A DNA stretch of 64,000 nucleotides from Malacoraja senta (Eukaryota). The stretch spans positions 20,896,001 to 20,960,000 of the forward strand of contig CM075988.1 in assembly GCA_038087875.1 (NCBI GenBank). Direction: 5' to 3'. The notes beneath the pieces were generated by a model, which was given only the letters and a program-made list of their open reading frames with translations, searched no databases and was not told the origin of the DNA. Shown piece after piece: positions 10,962-24,014 of the stretch. A program made the translations under genes and the position numbers. Position 1 is the stretch's first letter. The number at the start of each line of letters is the position of its first letter.

Positions 10962-11257
10962 TTAGTTTGGAGATACAGCATGGAAACAGGCCCGTCGGCC
11001 CACCGAGACTGCGCCAACCAGCGATCACCCATACGCTAGTTCTATCCTGCACACTGGGGACAATTTACAGAAGCCAATTAGCCGACAAACCTGCATGTTT
11101 TTGGAATGTGGGATGAAACCGAGGATCTCGGAGAAAACCCACGCAGGTCACGGGGAGAATGTACAAACTCCGTACAGACAGCACCCGTAGTCAGGATTGA
11201 ACCTGGGTCTTTGGCGCTGAAAGGCAGTAGCTCTACTACTGCGCCACCGTGCCGCCC
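10962..11257 (-). mobile_element. HE1-type SINE
   Basis: Full reverse-complement consensus. Confidence 0.85.
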
Positions 11258-11849
11258 CATTTGGTTTACATGCTATTCAATTAAATCACTTCATACATGA
11301 GTAAAATCAATCCAATGTTTAGGTTTAGGATTAAACTGGAAAGGTGTGTGTGTGTGCGACCTTTCAAGTTATACAAAAGAAGAACACAGTTGGCTGCTAT
11401 TCCAGAGAATGCAGAACTCCATTGTGTAACAAGAATGACGTGAGCTGTTTTGATGCAGCGATGTAATGACCAATCTCAAACAAAAGGTCAAGCAGGAACT
11501 CAAGTTGTAAAGCAGATCATACTCTCACACAGATAGGAAAGGTTTAGAGAGTAAATGGGGTAAATGCGGGCAGGTGGGAGTAGTGTAGATGGGGCATCTT
11601 GGCTGGCATGCGCAAGTTGGGCTGAAGGACCTGTTTCCATGCTGTATGACCCTCAGAATTTCTCTCCCACAACCTAGTGATTCCTGCTGTTTCACCAACT
11701 TTTCCTATGTTTTAAGCCTTTCTTCTGAAGATATGCCTTTCAATTAGGGAAAGTGAACGCTAGCGCGATTAGCTGCCGCTGCGCTCTCTTTGAATTGTGT
11801 GTTGTTGATGTCCCTACTATCTTTTTTAGTTTTTTTGTTTTATTCTGCT

Positions 11850-11953
11850 TATATGTTTTGTAATCTGCTTATTAAATTTTGTAAGGCGTCCTTGAGAGTC
11901 TTTGAAAGGTCTTGAAAAGTATAATGTTAATAATAATAATAATAATAATAATT
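11850..11953 (+). repeat. Probable L2-like LINE 3' terminus with (TAA)n tail
   Basis: TGTAAGGCGTCCTTGAG..TGAAAGG followed by about 8 AAT units. Confidence 0.45.
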
Positions 11954-11979
11954 AATGTTTAATTAATTGACAATTAACA

Positions 11980-12470
11980 AGGCGGATGGTCGCAGTCTTT
12001 TTCCCAGGTTTGGGGAGTCTAAAACTAAGGACAGAGGTTTAAGGTGAGAGGGGAAAGTTTTAAAGGGGACATGAGGGGTAGGTTTTTCCACACAGGATGG
12101 AGGGTATGAGGAACGAGCTGCCGGAGGTAAGTAGAATTATAATGTTTAAAAGGCATTTCAACGGGTATGTGGATAGAAAATGTCTTGAGGAAATTGGGTC
12201 AAACAAGGGCAAATGTGACAGGTAGATATTGGTTTTGTGTAGACTTGCCTGTAGACTAACCCATGGCATTCCTTGCCAGAGTCCACTGTGGAGGCCAAGT
12301 CAATGGATATTTTTAAGGTAGATTCTTGATTAGTATGGGTGTCAGGCATTATGGGGCGAAGACAGGAGAATGGGGTTCGGAGGGAATGATAGATCAGCCA
12401 TGATTGCATGTTGGAGGAGACTTGATGGGCCGAATGGCCTAATTCTGCCCCTATCACTTATGAACATGAA
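11980..12470 (+). mobile_element. Older CR1 3' fragments
   Basis: Degenerate AGGTTTAAGGTGAGAGGGG, TTTTTCCACACAG and GGGCCGAATGGCCTAATTCTG motifs. Confidence 0.7.
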
Positions 12471-12796
12471 GAAGTCTATCTTTATGCTGTATAAATCAAT
12501 ACCTCCAAGACATTGCCGTTGTCATGCATGTAGAGACTTAATAGCAACTCACAGCCCACTGATGTATCCACAGCCCTGGGCTGGCTGTCTCAAGACAGTG
12601 ACCACTTTGGGCAACGTTTTGCTCAGTTCACACTGTGGAGGATCGGAATGGAGCTTGTAAAATGCTAGCCCTATTTCTCCAGCGACTTTGCCAGTAATGT
12701 TTATGAGGCACAGGGATATGGAGAATATGGATGACCTGCGGTCAAAGGAGATTAACTTGGCATGATTCACGGCAAAGACATTGTGGGCCAAATTGT

Positions 12797-13411
12797 GAGC
12801 AGGGAGGTTCTACTGCAGTTGTACAGGGCCTTGGTGAGACCACGCCTGGAGTATTGCGTACAGTTTTGGTCTCCAAATCTGAGGAAAGACATTCTTGCCA
12901 TAGAGGGAGTACAGAGAAGGTTCACCAGACTGATTCCTGGGATGGCAGGACTTTCATATGAAGAAAGACTGGATAGACTTGGCTTGTACTCGCTAGAATA
13001 TAGAAGATTGAAGGGGGGATCCTATAGAAACTTACAAAATTCTTAAGCGGTTGGACAGGCTAGATGCAGGAAGATTGTTCCCGATGTTGGGGAAGTCCAG
13101 AACAAGGGGTCACAGTTTAAGGATAAGGGGGAAGTCTTTTAGGACTGAGATGAGAAAAACATTTTTCACACAGAGAGTGGTGAATCTGTGGAATTCTCTG
13201 CCACAGAAGGTAGTTGAGGCCAGTTCATTGGCTATATTTAAGAGGGAGTTAGATGTGGCCCTTGTGGCTAAGGGGATCAGGGGGTATGGAGAGAAGGCAG
13301 GTACGGGATACTGAGTTGGATGATCAGCCATGATCATATTGAATGGCGGTGCAGGCTCGAAGGGCCGAATGGCCTACTCCTGCACCTATTTTCTATGTTT
13401 CTATGTTTCTA
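12797..13411 (+). mobile_element. 5'-truncated CR1/HER1 LINE, frameshifted; same subfamily as 5510-6170
   Basis: ORFs 12762-13046 and 13051-13314 are near-identical to the 5507 ORF. Confidence 0.92.
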
Positions 13412-13619
13412 AATGGCTTATTTCTGCGCCGTACTGTTCTATGTTCTATTTGCCAGAGCTAAACTGCAAAGTAAATGTGCCTTCACACTGCACGCTCCGT
13501 TCACCTTGCAGGGCGGTGTAGACTGGGAAACTTTGCATTACTTTGTGTCCTTTCAAATAATCCATGTTCTTGTGGTCTGCCCTCCTGTTTGGGTAAACTC
13601 CTGTTTGGGTAAACTCCTG

Positions 13620-13897
13620 TTTGCGGAAAAAGGCCCTTCAGCCCACCGGGTCCGCTCTGACCAGCGATCCCTGCAGACTAGCACTATCCAACACACTAGG
13701 GACAATTTACAATTCGTACCAAAGCCTATTAACCTACAAACCTGTACGCCTTTGGAGTGTGGGAGGAAACCGGAGCACCCGGATAAAACCCTCGTGATCA
13801 CGGGGAGAACCTACAAACTCCGCACAGACAGCACCCATGGTCAGGATCGAACCCGGGTCTCTAGCGCTGGAAGGCAGCAGCTCTACCTCGAAGCCAC
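13620..13897 (-). mobile_element. HE1-type SINE
   Basis: Reverse-complement consensus. Confidence 0.8.
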
Positions 13898-14614
13898 TGA
13901 TTCAATTTAAAGATAAGATTGAAACAATCAAAGTGACTTATTTATTGGTTATTTTAATTTTGTTTAATTCTTCTCAAATAAAACCAATGGAAGAATCAAA
14001 TGGTGGATTATTAGTGACTGCATTGTATTTTTTTAAATATCTCTGTGAATCTGTAACGGACATTACTAGAAGTTATTTTATTTTGCATTAATGGTAAACA
14101 TTAATTTTACCTTGAGGCAGACGAAGGCTGGTTCAAACATGTGTATGCAGAGATACGGGAAGGAAATATATTGTCTGCACGTTGGTCATTACTTGCTGTA
14201 TGACTGCCATTCTGCGGGCATTCAAAAAATCACTCTTCATTTCCAATCAATTGTAGGTGATTCATTGCAAAATTACACCAACATCAACTTTAGAATATCT
14301 CCAGAGCAGTTAATTAAATTCATGATAATATTTGGAAGAATATTTCCATCAGCACATTTTTTCCAAAACATAGTTTGATTTAAAAAAAAAAGATATTCGG
14401 AAATTTCAAATTAATCAGCGTGCTTTGTGCCTGCTATTTTGTTAAGTTTGTTCAGCCTGTGCAGATCCAATTTGACCAAGAGCCAGACATTTCATTTTAT
14501 AAAATAGGAGTGCATCGTGACATTTTTGGGTGAAATAAAGATGCAATTTAATAACCTCTTGAATTTTTACATCATGACTTGGTGATACAAAGATGCCGGG
14601 AAATAAAATAAATG

Positions 14615-15090
14615 TACATAGAACATAGAACTGTACAGCACAGGAACAGGCCCTTCAGCCCGCAATATCCATGCCGAACATGATGCCAAGTTAAACTAAT
14701 GTCCTCCTCCCGCACTTTATCCATATCCTTCCATTCCCTGCAGATCCATCTGCCTGTCATAAAGCCTCTTAAACACCACTATTGTATCTCCCTCCAGTGC
14801 TACCCCTGGCAACATGTTCCAAGCACCCACCACCCTCTGCTTTATAAAATCTTGCTTCGTATATCCTCTTTACACTTTGCCCATCTCACCATAAAGCTAT
14901 GCCTTTTAGTGTAGGACATTTCCACCTTTGGGGGGGGCAAAAAAGTCTCTGACTGTCTACTCTATCTATGTCACTCGTAATTATATACCATCGTCAGGAC
15001 TGCCCTCAACCTCCAACATTCCAGAGAGAGCAATCCAAGTTTGGCTAACTTCTCCTTATAGCGAATGCCCTCTAATCCAGCCATCACTCT
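14615..15090 (-). mobile_element. Old CR1 3' fragment
   Basis: (CATAGAA)n tail, GGAACAGGCCCTTCAGCCC hairpin, CACCCACCACCCTCTG. Confidence 0.7.
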
Positions 15091-16333
15091 GGTACATGGA
15101 CCTCTTGTACCATCAGGTAATAGTGCAGATTAAAGGAGAAGACAGTCATAGAGTAAACCCTGTAGAAACAAAGAACTGGGTGGCACAGTAGTGGTGGAGC
15201 TACTGTCCTACAGCCCTTCAGCCCAACTTGCCCATGCCAACCATGATGTATCCATCTACGCTAGTCCCACCTGCTTGTGGTTGGCCCATAGCCCTCTAAA
15301 CCTTTCCTGTCCATATACCTGTCCAAATGTCTTTCACCAAATGTCAGATCTCCCTTTGAACTGACACTTGACAAGTCATGTTAGGGTTTTGAAGTAGGTC
15401 TTTTGGAGATCAGTGGTCAGAGACATCGTCGTGTAATCAGCAGTAAGTCCAGCTCACAACTTTACACAGAGTGACTGTAAGTTAATTTAAACATTGATTG
15501 TGAAGAATCGGTTGTGAAGAGTGGAAGATGTCCTGCCTGCTGTGTGTAACTTCACTTGTGGGAAGTGAAGTATCAGTATACAGTGGCCGGTAACTGGTAA
15601 AATGGTCTGATCTGACACAAACCTCTCTGCTTACCATCGCTTGTTCCCAACGCCCGAGATTTCACATCTGGCTGCACAGTGGCAAACTGTTTTTTGTTCT
15701 CTTCTTTGTGTTCTGCTCACTTGGCTGAATGTTTAAATAGTCCGTGTGGATCATCAGCATTATTCAGCTCGATGATTTCAGAAATGCACAGTTTTTTTGA
15801 ATGATTGATGTTGTTCTGATGAAGGGTCTACAACGTGAAATATTAACTCTGCTGCCGTTTGGCCTGCTGAGTGTTTCCTGCTTTTTCGTCATTATTTCAG
15901 AACTTTCAGTTTTTTTAGTTCTAGAACCATGGAGTGATACTGCACAGAAACAGGCCCTGCACACAGATCCATTGATATAGTCAGTAAATGCAGGGAGTGC
16001 TTTGACATGTACCATGCAAGTTATGTACGCGGTGTACGGAGGACCCGACTTGCCCGCCCAGACAGTCGGGAGTTGAACGGAGGGCCGACTGCGGGAGGGA
16101 GTGGGCCGCTGGAGACCCTACCCCCAGCCTGGGGCTTGGCAGGGTCGGGCACCGCTCTAAGAGGCCGAGTGCCTGGATCGGACGCGGCCTACAGTGGCGG
16201 AGGACACCACGGCTATACTTGTCCTGGCCAACCCTGCAACGCCACCAGGACGATGAGCCCTCATGGTCAGGTCAAGAACCCTGCACTTACAACAACTGGG
16301 GCTTGAAAATAATGCCAAACTGGTGACTCTGCA

Positions 16334-16460
16334 TGTGTAGGAAGGAACTGCTGGTTTAAACTGAAGGTGGACACAAAAAGCTGGAGTAACTCAGCGGCAC
16401 AGGCAGCATCTCTGGAGAGAAGGAATGGGTGACGTTTCGCGGCGAGACCCTTCTTCAGAC
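16334..16460 (-). mobile_element. PLE 3' end
   Basis: Consensus ending GTGACGTTTCG..GAGACCCTTCTTCAGAC. Confidence 0.75.
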
Positions 16461-16902
16461 ATATCAATGGATCTGTTCAGTTTGATAAATGATAGACTTG
16501 CACCTCACTTACGTCAATAACTACGTGAATTGTTCATGGCAGTTTCACATCAAGCACACCCTTCCTTTGTAGAGCTATACAGTCACCATTGTTGAGTGTA
16601 TTTGATATGTGGGTGAGTTGACACTTTGGATGAAGGAGGTAAAACAACAAGGAAACCTGAGTACACTGGTAATTCATCCTGGTGACTATACCTGTGACAT
16701 GTTTGGCCAGAAGTTAACAGAACAATAGAAAGTTATTCGTAACTTTTAGTGTTGACTCTTAGAATTGGGTGATAGCAACAAAAGTCTGAAAATACCCCCT
16801 CTGCATGAAAAAAAATCTTTCTATTTAATTTTTAAATGACCTGCTTATTCTGAGCCCCAGTTCTAAACTCCTGAGCCAGAGGGAACGTTCTCCCTGTCCC
16901 GA

Positions 16903-17125
16903 ACACAAAGTGCAGGAGTAACTCAGCGGGTCAGGCAGCATCTCGGGAGGACATGGATAGGTGCTGCGGGAGGGAGTGCACTGCCTCAAAAGTGGAGTGG
17001 GCCGCTGGAGACCCTGCGGCAACCTGGGGCTCGGCTGGATCGGGCGCGGTCTACACAGCGTTGGAGCATCATCCATGTCTCCAGAGATGCTGCCTGACCT
17101 GCAGAGATACTCCAGCACTTTGTTT
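16903..17125. mobile_element. PLE tail inverted pair enclosing an unrelated GC-rich insert of about 105 bp
   Basis: Arms at about 16903-16960 and 17070-17125 are reverse complements. Confidence 0.7.
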
Positions 17126-17211
17126 CCTTCAATGAGATTATCTTTGACTCTAAAATAAAAGTGGTGGGGCCTCTCCAGACTTCAGGGAATTTTGGGAGAC
17201 TGCAACAATCA

Positions 17212-17997
17212 GCTCGGTGGCGCAGCGGTAGAGTTGCTGCCTTACAGCGAATGCAGCGCCGGAGACCCGTGTTTGATCCCAACTACATGCGCTGTCTGTA
17301 CGGAGTTTGTACGTTCTCCCCGTGACCGCGTGGGATTTCTCCGAGATCTGCGGTTTCCTCCCACACTCTGAAGACGTACAGGTTTGTAGGTTAATTGGCC
17401 TAAATTGGTTAAATGTAAAAATTGTCCCTAGTGGGTGTAGGATAGTTATTGTGTGGGGATCTCTGTTTGGCGCGGACCAGGTGGGCCGAAGGGCCTGTTT
17501 CCGCACTGTATCTAAAAACTAAAACAGGCCCAAAAACAAACATGTTTAGTTTTGTTTTTTAGTTTAGAGAAACAGGTCCTTCAGACCACCGAGTCCACGC
17601 CAACCAGCGATCCCCACACACTAATACTAACCTACAAACACTAGGGACAATTTATAATTTTACTGAAGTCAATTAACTTACAAACCTGTACCTATTTGGA
17701 GTTTAGTTTAGTTTCGAGATACAGTGCGGAAACAGGCCCTTCGGCCCACCAAGTCTACACCGACCATCGATCCCCACACATTAACGCTATCCTACACACA
17801 CCAGGGACAATTTTCATGTATACTAAGCCAATTAATCTACAAACCTGTACGTCTTTGGAATGCGGGAGGAAATTGGCGCACCAGCAGAAAACCCGCACAG
17901 GTCACGGGGAGAACATAATGTACAGACAGCACCTGTGGTCAGCATTAAACCCGGGTCACTGGCGCTGTAAGGCAGCAACTCTACCACTGTGCCACCC
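17212..17997. mobile_element. SINE cluster: + copy 17212-17525, partial - copy 17545-17690, - copy 17701-17997
   Basis: HE1-type consensus, tail-to-tail arrangement. Confidence 0.85.
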
Positions 17998-18827
17998 TTC
18001 TCTGCAGCCTCTCTCTTAAAGACCCTCCAGTGCAGTCTATCAGGCCTGGGGACTTGTGGACACTTAGCCCCATTAGGTTAAAATCAATTCTTCTTCCATG
18101 ATGGAGTCTTACTTGCTCTTCCATGTTGCCCTGAGTTATCTATTGATATTGGCAACACAGTTATGCTGTCAGTAATAATTCTAGACGACAGCCTAAAATT
18201 ACTCTCTTGACATTGAAGGCTGATCAGTAAATGCTGTTATTGTGACAACCTCTGCTGAGAATGGATTAAAATATCGAGTCGTACAAATTATTGAAACAAA
18301 GATCACATTCTGAAGCTCAAAAAAATGCTCCATGATTTGTGTACAATTATTTCTGACAGAACTTCAATGTTGCTCAACTCCTGTGGTAAACAAAACCAAA
18401 TGGAGGCACTTTCCAAAGACAATATCATTGTGGCCATAAATGAGAACAGGTTGGTGGTAATTAAATTGTTCATTTTATGTAACTGTTTTTGTTAAGGGAA
18501 TACCATGTGTGAAATCTGAATTGGCAGCAGCATGCCCAAGAGATGGTGCCAACAGCCTCAGTGATGTGTTTGTGTTGGTTAGGAAAGGGGAACAGAAATG
18601 TTCCACTTCTTGACAATCATGGCAATAAAACTCTGATCTGGAGAATAGATCGGGCTGTGTTTATTTTTGCAGGTGGAAAATGAGTGTTGAAATAACCAAT
18701 ATGGCAAAAAAATACACAATGGAATACAAGTTCACACATCATATTGGCCATGCATTCCATTCTCCATGGCCATTTGCAACTCAAGGTATACAAATGGTTT
18801 CAGATGCATTAGACTCGAGAGAGACTA

Positions 18828-19097
18828 TAGACTTTACAGATACAGCGCGGAAACAGGCCCTTCCGCTCAACCTGTCCGCACCGACCAGCGATCATCCCGT
18901 ACACTCGCACTATCCTACACACTAGGGACAATTTGTAATTTTTTTAAACCGAAGCCAATTAACCTACAAACCTGTACGTCGTTGGAGTGTGGGAGGAAAC
19001 CGGAGCACCCGGAGAAAACCCACGAGTTTGGATCCACAGTCAGGATCGAACCCGGGTCTCCGGTGGTCTAAGGCTGCAACTCGACTGCACTGCCCAC
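18828..19097 (-). mobile_element. HE1-type SINE with an internal deletion
   Basis: Reverse-complement consensus. Confidence 0.8.
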
Positions 19098-19157
19098 TAT
19101 GATACTTCTCAATATTTAACCGCAATCGACCACATCGAGATCTATGTATATCCTAAG

Positions 19158-19512
19158 ATAGATACAAAAAGCTGGAGTAACTCAGTGGGACGGGCAGCAT
19201 CTCTGGAGAGAAGGAATGGGTGACGTTTCGGGCCCGAGACCCTTCTTCAGATATCCTGGTTCATTTGCACAGCAACTAAAGTATTGGAAAGACACAAAGG
19301 AGGTTGGACAAGCTGATGACAGGTCATGCTTTGCCCTGCACCTTCACTCTTCCATCTTTCTTTCCACACATCCCGCATTCAGTCTGAAGATGGGTACCGA
19401 CCAGAATCACCACCTATCCATCTTCTCGGGGATGCTGCCTGATCCACTGTGATTCCAACGTTTTGTGTCTTTCCTTGATAAACCTTCATCTACAATTCCT
19501 TGTTTCTACAAC
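19158..19512. mobile_element. PLE tails, - copy then + copy
   Basis: 19158-19251(-) and 19378-19512(+). Confidence 0.7.
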
Positions 19513-19983
19513 TTAAGTAATGGCCTTTCCAATAGCCACGAGAATTCAAAGACCTTACAGTGGGAACCAGGAATGTTTTTCCCTACACGCTAAAGCTGCC
19601 TCTCACTATGAGCCTCCTCTTCCTGACCTCCAACCCATGAAGATCCTGCATGTAGAGAGAGGTTTCTTCTGGGCAAATCTAGAACTGAGAGTGACTGTTT
19701 TAAGGATAACGGCTCATTCATTTAAGACAGAGAAAAGGCAAAATATGTTTCTGTCAGAAGGTTGTGCCTCTTTGTGACTCTCAGTTACAAAGAGTAAAAG
19801 ACATTTAAAATCTCAGAATAAAAGGACATACCATCAGAAAGGAGAGGAGGAGGAATTTATTTAGCGGATGGTGAATCTGTGGAATGCATTGCCACAGATG
19901 GCTGTGGATGCCTTTTAAGGATATTTTTAAGATGGGGATTGACAGATTCTTGATTAGTACAGGTCAGGGATTATGGGGAGAAG

Positions 19984-20114
19984 TGTTTAAGAAGGAACTG
20001 CAGATGCTGGAAAATCGAAGGTAGACAAAAGTGCTGGAGAAACTCAGCGGGTGCAGCAGCATCTATGGAGCGAAGGAAATAGGCAACGTTTCGGGTCGAA
20101 ACCCTTCTTCAGAC
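19984..20114 (-). mobile_element. Young PLE 3' end inserted in a CR1 tail
   Basis: 10-bp TSD TGGGGAGAAG at 19974-19983 and 20115-20124. Confidence 0.85.
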
Positions 20115-20857
20115 TGGGGAGAAGGCAGGAGAGTGGGGTTGAGAGGGAAAGATAGATCAGCCAAGATTGAATAGCAGATTAGACTTGATGGGCCAAATGG
20201 CCCAACTCTGCTCCTATGACTTATGAACCCTAGCTTATCAGGCAGCATCTGTGGAGTCAATGGGCAGGTGATGTTTCGGGTTGGGAACCTTGTTCAGAGA
20301 CCCAGAATGTTATCGGCAGGTATCCTCCACAAATGCGGCCCGACTCACTGAGTTCCTCCAGCACTTTGTGTTTTAATCAAGATTCCAGCACCTGAATTCC
20401 TTGTGTTTCCACTGAATGAAATGCGGTAGGATTGAAAAGGTGTGCTGAATTTATTTCGGAACAATACAAGACCCCTGCTTGCCTGTTTAAGAAAAGAACA
20501 GATTGCAGCTGATAAATAAGGCAATCGACAAGAAACATATCCTGCCTGACACAGTTGGGTGGCTTATTTGTCTAATTCTACTGCCAAGGTCTTCATTTTG
20601 TGGAAAGTAATTGTGTTTGACCGTAGTAGGTATATTGCGTTGATTCTGTCTGTACTCAACAGAGGAGTTGTGGGACTTGCTAACGCACAAAGAGTATCAT
20701 ATGTACATCCTATCCTTCCCACTGGCAGGGCCAAACAAGTGTCTGGCCCTCACCCAATCGTGCATTAAAGAATGTGACAAGGCGTGGATATGCATCAGTG
20801 CACTGTCTTTAATGCTCTCTGCACATTTCACAAGCAATTCATGAGTTCAGTGCTCCA

Positions 20858-21890
20858 GTTTTTAGTTTTAGAGATACAGCGCAGAAGCCGGCCCTTCAGT
20901 TCAGTGAGTCTACGCCGAGCAGCGATCACCCCGTACACTAGCACGATCCAACACACTCGGGATCATTTACAATTGGCAGAAGCCAATTAGCCTACGTCTA
21001 TGTAGCCTATGGGTCTACAGTACTCACTTAGGGCTAAGTGTCTCAGGGCTAAAGTCACACTTTGAGATCATTCTTTAGAACTCAGACTTTAGAGATACAG
21101 TGTGGAAACAGACCCCTCAGCCCACCGATTCCATTCTTCCCAGTGAAATGCAGCGCCAGAGACCCGGGTTCGATCCCGACTACGGGTGCTGTCTGAACGG
21201 AGTTTGTACGTTCTCCCCGTGATCCGCGTGGGTTTTCTCCGAGAACTTCGGTTTCCTCCCACACCACAAAGACGTACAGGTTTGTAGGTTAATTGGCTTG
21301 ATAAAATGTTAAATTGTCCAAGTTGGCGATATGCAGAGTACTGCCCTGCCGACTACAAAATTCAGAAGGTTCAGAAGGATCACTCCGCACACGAGCGCTA
21401 TCCAACACATTAGGCACAATTTACTATTTATACCAAAGCCAATTAACCTACAAACCTTGTACGTCTTTGGAGTGTGGTAGGAAAACCCAGGTGATCACGG
21501 GGAGAGCATACAAACTCCGTACAGACAGCACCCGTAGTCAGGATCGAACGTCTTCAACTCTTTACTTCAGAAACGGCCTGAATGACATGGTCAGTTGTCA
21601 GCGAGCTGCTTGAACATACATCTCTCTGATCCTTGAAGCAAGAATAAGGAAGAGATATTTGGCATTATAATTGGAGAAATTCCACTTTGGGTAAAAACAA
21701 AACTCATTTAAAAGCTGGATGAGTGCATTAAGCAGAAAATAAAACACAGATAGAGCCGGAGCACCTGGAGAAAACCCACGCGGTCACAGGGAGAACGTAC
21801 AAACTTCACACAGACAGCACCCGTAATCAGGATCGAATCCGGGTCTCTGGCGCTGTAAGACAGCAACTGTACCGCTGCACCACCGTGCCG
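20858..21890. mobile_element. Cluster of fragmented HE1-type SINEs in both orientations
   Basis: Pieces at about 20858-20993(-), 21082-21128(-), 21145-21318(+), 21378-21548(-) and 21757-21890(-). Confidence 0.75.
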
Positions 21891-22552
21891 TGCTTGTTGC
21901 TTAGGGAAGGATCCAAACCCGAAACGTCACCCATCCTTTTTCTCCAGGGATGCTGGCTGGCCCACTGTGTTACTCCACCACTCTGTGGCTGTACATGTTA
22001 CCTCAAGTACTTTGTCACCTCTGATGGATTGTACAGCGGTGACCACAGGCGCAAGCTGCCGTCTCGTTGCTGTCAAATGTCCCGAGCTTCCTAACGCTTA
22101 TACCTCATCTCTTGAACCTGGGTCGGACATCAGCTGAGATTGATTGGAGCAAAGAATCTGCCACTGGTGATAAAATCTTGTGTCACGGACAGGTGTACCA
22201 ATGTCCTCTTACTATCAGCAACCAATAGAGCACGTTTGTCTCACCCTCTCTGAGGTTATCACCCACCGCACATGTGCTGTCATCCAATGATTAAGAACCA
22301 GTCTTATCATTTTGAGCATAAGGTGGGAATTCATCTCTAGAATTAAGCAGATGGATCTCTTTACTTTCTTCAGTAAGAGGTTTTTACCCAGAAATGTTCA
22401 AATTTAATGAAGCAATAATGATTGCTTACAGAGTTTTAAATAAAGTGTGTATTTTGTGGGGAACCGGATGGTGAAATGGAAAATGAGGAGGGGTGCATCA
22501 GATTGTGGTGTCTGCCAAATCCCCTGCAGGAGCTCAGTCCGGAAGGGCTGGT

Positions 22553-22925
22553 CGGCACGGTGGCGCAGCGGTAGAGTTACCGCCTTACAGCGCCAGAGAC
22601 CCAGGTTCGATCCTGACTACGGGCGCTGTCTGCGTGGAGTTTGTGTGTATCTCCCTGTGACCGCGTGGGTTTTATCCGGGTGCTCCGGCTTCCTCCCACA
22701 CTCCAAAAGACTTACAAGTTTGTATATTAATTGGCCGGTAAAATTGTAAATTGTCCCAAGTGCGTAGGATGGTGACTCCCTTGGGTTCCGATTTAATCTT
22801 TCCCCCCTCACCTTAAACCGAACGAGAAAATGGGATAACATAGAACTAGTGCGAATAGGTGATCGACGGTCAGCGTGGATCCGATGGGCCGAAGGGCCTG
22901 TTTCCATGCTGTATCTCTAAATTAT
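22553..22925 (+). mobile_element. HE1-type SINE with a small CR1-derived insert
   Basis: Consensus head and tail; TTAATCTTTCCCCCCTCACCTTAAACC insert at about 22775-22820. Confidence 0.8.
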
Positions 22926-23470
22926 ATCTAAAATCAAGGTGTACATTAAATGAAGCATGGGACCTGTGCCAGTGTAATATTGCTGAGACAGGAATTCTAA
23001 CGTGAGCACAGATCCAGGATTTCATGGGGATTTTGATGGGTAATGCACAAATCAAACATCTGGGAAGATTTACATGAATAGTCAAACTCCACACATTCCA
23101 AGCTGAGACTTTTAAACTTAAACTTCAACGTTATGCATGCCCTCAGTTAGCGAAACCCCAGCCACTCGTTGCTAAATTCTACTGTGTTATGCCAAGTTCA
23201 ATATTCATTTAAGACAGGCAGACTGAAAAATGTGCTCCTCAAGACCTGCTGCAAGTGAAACACCCATTACTCCCACTAGAGTAATCATTTTGCCTTGCTG
23301 TTAAAAAAAATCCATACGTATTTATAACCAACAAAATTAATTAATCACATCTGCAACCAAAGTGTATTGTCGACACAGAAATGTACCAGAACCAATGGGC
23401 CTTTCCTATATTGTTGCTCAGTGTCATTTTTTAAGAGTGCCACATCACTTTTCAGTTTGTTATTCAACAG

Positions 23471-23695
23471 GGCGGCACAGTGGTGCAGTGGTAGAGTTGC
23501 TACCTCACAGTGCCAGAGACCCGGATTCGATCCTGACTACGGGTGCTTGATGTACGGAGATTCTACGTTCTCCCCGTGACTTGCAAGGTTTTTCTCCGGG
23601 ATCTCCGGTTTCCTCCCACACTCCAAAGACATGCAGGTTTGTAGGTTAATTGGCTTGGTAAAATTGCAGATTGTCCCTAGGATAGTGTTAGTGTT
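23471..23695 (+). mobile_element. HE1-type SINE, 3'-truncated
   Basis: A/B boxes and central domain. Confidence 0.8.
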
Positions 23696-24014
23696 CACTA
23701 ACTTCAGGATTCACCAGTGAAATTATTGTGTCTAGACTTGACCTCCGGTCTCCTGGAACTTAACCACTTTAGGGTAGGATCTTCGAATTTGATTAGTATG
23801 GGTATCAGGGATTATGGGGAGAAGGCAGGAGAATGGGGTTGAGAGGGAAAGATAGATCACCCATGATTGAATGGCAGAGTAGGCTTGATGGGCCGAATGG
23901 CCTAATTCTGCTCCTATAACATATGAACTTATACTGGTTTCCATTGTGCTAGTATCCCGACTGATACCCAAGCACACTTCAGTCAAGAGCATGACAGTGC
24001 AACCCCACGACCAA

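Noticed and set aside
18660..18925. Exon after TTTATTTTTGCAG and the 81-aa ORF
   Set aside because: No recognisable protein; the frame runs into a SINE.
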